Assembly: GCA_000004985.1 (NCBI GenBank)
Contig: GG739400.1
From: Naegleria gruberi
Lineage: Eukaryota
Reading direction: 5' to 3' (one strand)
DNA: 1,506 nucleotides
Positions within the stretch are counted from its first letter, which is position 1, and every line of letters starts with the position of its first letter. Below the pieces are notes generated by a model that was given only the letters and a program-made list of their open reading frames with translations, was not told the DNA's origin and did not search any database. This document shows positions 1-1,506 of this stretch, one piece after another. The position numbers were made by a program, and so were the translations under genes.

Positions 1-55
1 GGTATATTTATTTGGTATATTTGTCACATATTGGCATTTTGTTATTAATAATTTA
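1..55 (-). other. Probable 3' UTR of the NRK-like gene, with candidate poly(A) signals.
   Basis: It lies downstream (minus strand) of the TAA at 56..58. On the minus strand, AATAAA (plus 'tttatt') occurs at 52..57, overlapping the stop, and again at 7..12. A short direct repeat 'ggtatattt' sits at 1..9 and 14..22. Confidence 0.3.
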
Positions 56-931
56 TTATTCATAATTATGTGATAATAATTCTTCTTCCATTTTAGAAAT
101 ATCAATATCATTATTATACCAATTAGGAATTATTTCATCATTATTAATATTACTAGAATTATTAATATTAGAAATATTAAAATTAATAAATTGAATAATT
201 TGATTTAAATTAATTGAATGATCATTTTCTATATTTATACATTTAAATGGTTTTTTAGAAATTAAAATATTTTTAAATTGTTTAATTCTATAAATTTTAT
301 AAAATGGCCAAACAAGTAAATTAAACCAATCTTTAAATTCTTCATCTATGGAATTTACATCTTTTTTAGCATCTCTTTTACATCTTCTTTCAAAACAAAT
401 TTCCTTTTTAGCATTTAAAAATATATTTATATTAAATAATGAATTTATAATTTCTAATTTACAACTTGATAAAAAACCCTCCACTATAATAAATATATTA
501 TTATTTAAATTATTTAAATTAAATTTATCATTCCAATAAATTGGACCTAATTCTAATAATTGATTTTTTAATTCATTTAATTTATTATTATTTAATTGAT
601 TTAATTTATTATTATTTAATTCTTTTAATAAATTAATAACATTTTCAATAGTTTGTTTAAATAAATTAAAATTTAAAGAATGTTCACATTCATAATTTGG
701 CCATGAATATTTTCCAAATTTACATTTAGGAGGAAATGTAATAAAAGAATCTAAACTAATTGGTCCGATAGGTGAATTTAATTCTATTACTAATTGTTCT
801 GCAAGTGTTGTTTTACCACTACACGTTGCTCCACTTATATTTATTATTATTATTTTATTATTATTGGTATTAGTATGTTGTTGTTGATTGTGAGTACATG
901 TTGGAGTGTTAATGACATTTTGTTCAAGCAT
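56..931 (-). CDS. P-loop nucleoside kinase, nicotinamide riboside kinase (NRK/NMRK)-like. It is the complete ORF, with ATG at 931..929 and TAA at 58..56.
   Basis: This is an uninterrupted 291-codon ORF. An in-frame upstream stop at 995..997 makes 931 the first ATG. The start context on the minus strand is ATAAAAAAAATG, the A-rich Kozak typical of dictyostelids. The Walker A motif G-A-T-C-S-G-K-T-T (residues 34-42, nt 806..832) is followed by LAEQL. An Asp sits in ISLDSF (D61, nt 749..751) where NRK1 has ISQDDFF. IIVEGFL (E151, nt 479..481) matches NRK1 IIEGFLL. KKEICFERRCKRD matches NRK1 YEECKRRRSTR. LVWPFYKIYR matches NRK1 HVWPMYLKYR. The motif order and spacing fit the NRK/uridine-kinase fold once the low-complexity insertion is removed. 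GC is slightly higher here than in the flanks, consistent with coding. Confidence 0.75.
   Translation of the reverse strand: MLEQNVINTPTCTHNQQQHTNTNNNKIIIINISGATCSGKTTLAEQLVIELNSPIGPISLDSFITFPPKCKFGKYSWPNYECEHSLNFNLFKQTIENVINLLKELNNNKLNQLNNNKLNELKNQLLELGPIYWNDKFNLNNLNNNIFIIVEGFLSSCKLEIINSLFNINIFLNAKKEICFERRCKRDAKKDVNSIDEEFKDWFNLLVWPFYKIYRIKQFKNILISKKPFKCINIENDHSINLNQIIQFINFNISNINNSSNINNDEIIPNWYNNDIDISKMEEELLSHNYE
575..622 (-). repeat. Perfect-but-one 24-bp in-frame tandem duplication (2 units) inside the kinase CDS. It encodes ELNNNKLN / QLNNNKLN.
   Basis: Plus strand 575..598 'atttaatttattattatttaattg' is followed directly by 599..622 'atttaatttattattatttaattc', 23 of 24 identical. On the minus strand this translates to residues 104-119, E-L-N-N-N-K-L-N then Q-L-N-N-N-K-L-N. 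These sit within the insertion NLLKELNNNKLNQLNNNKLNELKNQLLELG. Confidence 0.9.
841..866 (-). repeat. Imperfect (TTA/ATT)n trinucleotide microsatellite in the N-terminal low-complexity extension. It encodes NNNKIIIINI.
   Basis: Plus strand 841..866 reads 'ttattattattattttattattattg'. It is in frame and codes the Asn/Ile run just before the P-loop. Confidence 0.7.
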
Positions 932-1015
932 TTTTTTTATAATGTTGATTAGGGAGAGTTCTCTTTTTATTGAAATATATTTAATTATACATATTTATAA
1001 AACTAAATTAATTTA
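932..1015 (-). promoter_or_regulatory. This 84-bp AT-rich intergenic spacer holds the 3' UTR and poly(A) region of the upstream gene together with the core promoter and 5' UTR of the NRK-like gene.
   Basis: It lies between the TAA of ORF2 (1016..1018) and the ATG of ORF1 (931). It is about 85% A+T. On the minus strand, AATAAA (plus 'tttatt') occurs at 966..971, roughly 45 nt downstream of the ORF2 stop, and again at 1012..1017 overlapping the stop. An oligo(dA) run lies immediately 5' of the ORF1 ATG (plus 932..938 'ttttttt'). Confidence 0.4.
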
Positions 1016-1506
1016 TTAAAACATTAGTTCTGATAAAGTCTTTTTTGGTTGGAGTAGAAATGGATCATCTTGTTTTTTAAATTGTAATTGAATTGGATTA
1101 AGTTTCTTCTTTGGATTTAAATCACCCAAATTAAGATCTTTTAAAAGTTCATTTGCACTTCCAATCTCTGATAATTTAGGTCTTGTACCAACAACATTAC
1201 TTGTACTTTCATCTATAACATGATCTAAACCTTTTGGTGATGTTTGAAGTGGTGGTAATTGTTTTACACGTTTCTTTTCACTCCCACTATCTCCATCTCC
1301 TTCACTTGTTGGATTAATAGTCTTTTTTTTCCTCTTCTTTTTCTTTTTAGTTGCTGTTGGTTCTAATTGAGTTGGAGAAGAACCTATATTGTTATTGGTA
1401 GTATTGGTATTGGTTTCATTTGTTGTTATTGGGGAAGGTGCTCTTGGTTGTTGATTATTGTTAACATCAATAGAATTCAATTTGATATTTTCTACTGGTT
1501 TTTTTG
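1016..1506 (-). CDS. Hypothetical low-complexity protein with a lysine-rich NLS-like cluster. This is the 3' (C-terminal) portion; the 5' end lies beyond the window. The stop is TAA at 1018..1016.
   Basis: The frame is open from the window edge (1506) to TAA at 1016..1018. The codon at 1478..1480 that the ORF track labels 'M' is TTG (plus strand 'caa'). The upstream in-frame codons 1481..1504 read ..KKPVENIK with no stop, so the real start is upstream of the window. The Ser/Thr/Asn/Pro-rich composition and the basic cluster are typical of amoebozoan nuclear proteins. The C-terminal ~90 aa (LPPLQTSPKGLDHVIDESTSNVVGTRPKLSEIGSANELLKDLNLGDLNPKKKLNPIQLQFKKQDDPFLLQPKKTLSELMF) is less biased and may be a real domain. 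I did not recognise any family. Confidence 0.5.
   Translation of the reverse strand, partial: KKPVENIKLNSIDVNNNQQPRAPSPITTNETNTNTTNNNIGSSPTQLEPTATKKKKKRKKKTINPTSEGDGDSGSEKKRVKQLPPLQTSPKGLDHVIDESTSNVVGTRPKLSEIGSANELLKDLNLGDLNPKKKLNPIQLQFKKQDDPFLLQPKKTLSELMF
1321..1348 (-). repeat. 28-nt homopyrimidine (plus) / homopurine (coding strand) tract encoding K45-K53, KKKKKRKKK.
   Basis: Plus strand 1321..1348 'tcttttttttcctcttctttttcttttt' contains only C and T. The minus-strand codons are AAA/AAG/AGG. A C/T-rich stretch at 1271..1310 extends the bias. Confidence 0.85.

Noticed and set aside
1-22. A direct repeat 'ggtatattt' at 1..9 and 14..22. It could be a terminal repeat or target-site duplication of a mobile element.
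   Set aside because: It is only 9 bp long and sits in AT-rich UTR sequence where such matches are expected by chance. There is no adjacent inverted repeat, transposase ORF or second copy elsewhere in the window.
348-539. A 63-aa plus-strand ORF (MEFTSFLASLLHLLSKQISFLAFKNIF...).
   Set aside because: It lies entirely antisense to the well-supported kinase CDS and has no A-rich start context. It is made of Leu/Phe/Ile/Lys codons, the expected reverse-complement artefact of AAT/AAA/GAA-rich coding DNA. It has no recognisable motif.
575-640. The tandem 24-bp repeats might be a CRISPR-like or minisatellite array.
   Set aside because: There are only two units and they are directly adjacent with no spacers. 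They are in frame within a coding sequence and the organism is eukaryotic. I treated it as a coding tandem duplication.
1478-1480. The ORF track labels the codon at 1478..1480 as Met, the start of the 154-aa protein.
   Set aside because: The codon is TTG and the reading frame is open upstream to the window edge. It was kept as an internal Leu of a longer, 5'-truncated CDS.
56-1506. Introns interrupting either CDS.
   Set aside because: Both ORFs are continuous. Scanning the plus strand for the reverse complement of the canonical GTAAGT donor ('acttac') found nothing. The conserved kinase motifs occur in the expected order without a frame break. A non-canonical intron cannot be fully excluded without transcript data.
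1-1506. A Plasmodium origin, as the alternative AT-rich source.
   Set aside because: Gln runs with CAA codons, Thr/Asn alternation (TNTNTT) and very short intergenic spacers fit dictyostelids better. This remains an inference and is not proven from this window alone.

Overview
The window is about 80% A+T, and it looks eukaryotic rather than prokaryotic. Composition, codon usage (AAT/AAA/TTA/ATT/CAA) and the Asn/Gln/Thr-rich low-complexity proteins all resemble a dictyostelid social amoeba such as Dictyostelium. Two genes lie head-to-tail on the minus strand, separated by an 84-bp AT-rich spacer. The first (56..931, complete, 291 aa) encodes a P-loop nucleoside kinase. Its Walker A motif (GATCSGKTT), a downstream catalytic Asp (ISLDSF), the IVEGF strand with catalytic Glu and a C-terminal VWPFYKIYR segment all resemble nicotinamide riboside kinase (NRK/NMRK, uridine-kinase-like family). 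It carries an amoeba-style poly-N/Q/T N-terminal extension and an internal low-complexity insertion that contains a 2 x 24-bp in-frame tandem duplication. The second (1016..1506, N-terminus runs off the window) is the 3' part of a low-complexity Ser/Thr/Asn-rich protein. It has a KKKKKRKKK basic cluster, probably an NLS, encoded by a 28-nt homopyrimidine tract, an acidic Ser/Gly/Asp patch, and a less biased C-terminal ~90 aa. The 'M' start the ORF track gives it at 1480 is really TTG, and the frame stays open to the window edge. I found no CRISPR, RNA gene, transposon end or prokaryotic operon-like system. The 63-aa plus-strand ORF is an antisense artefact of AT-rich coding DNA. I did not run any database search, so the functional calls rest on motifs I recognised by reading the translation.
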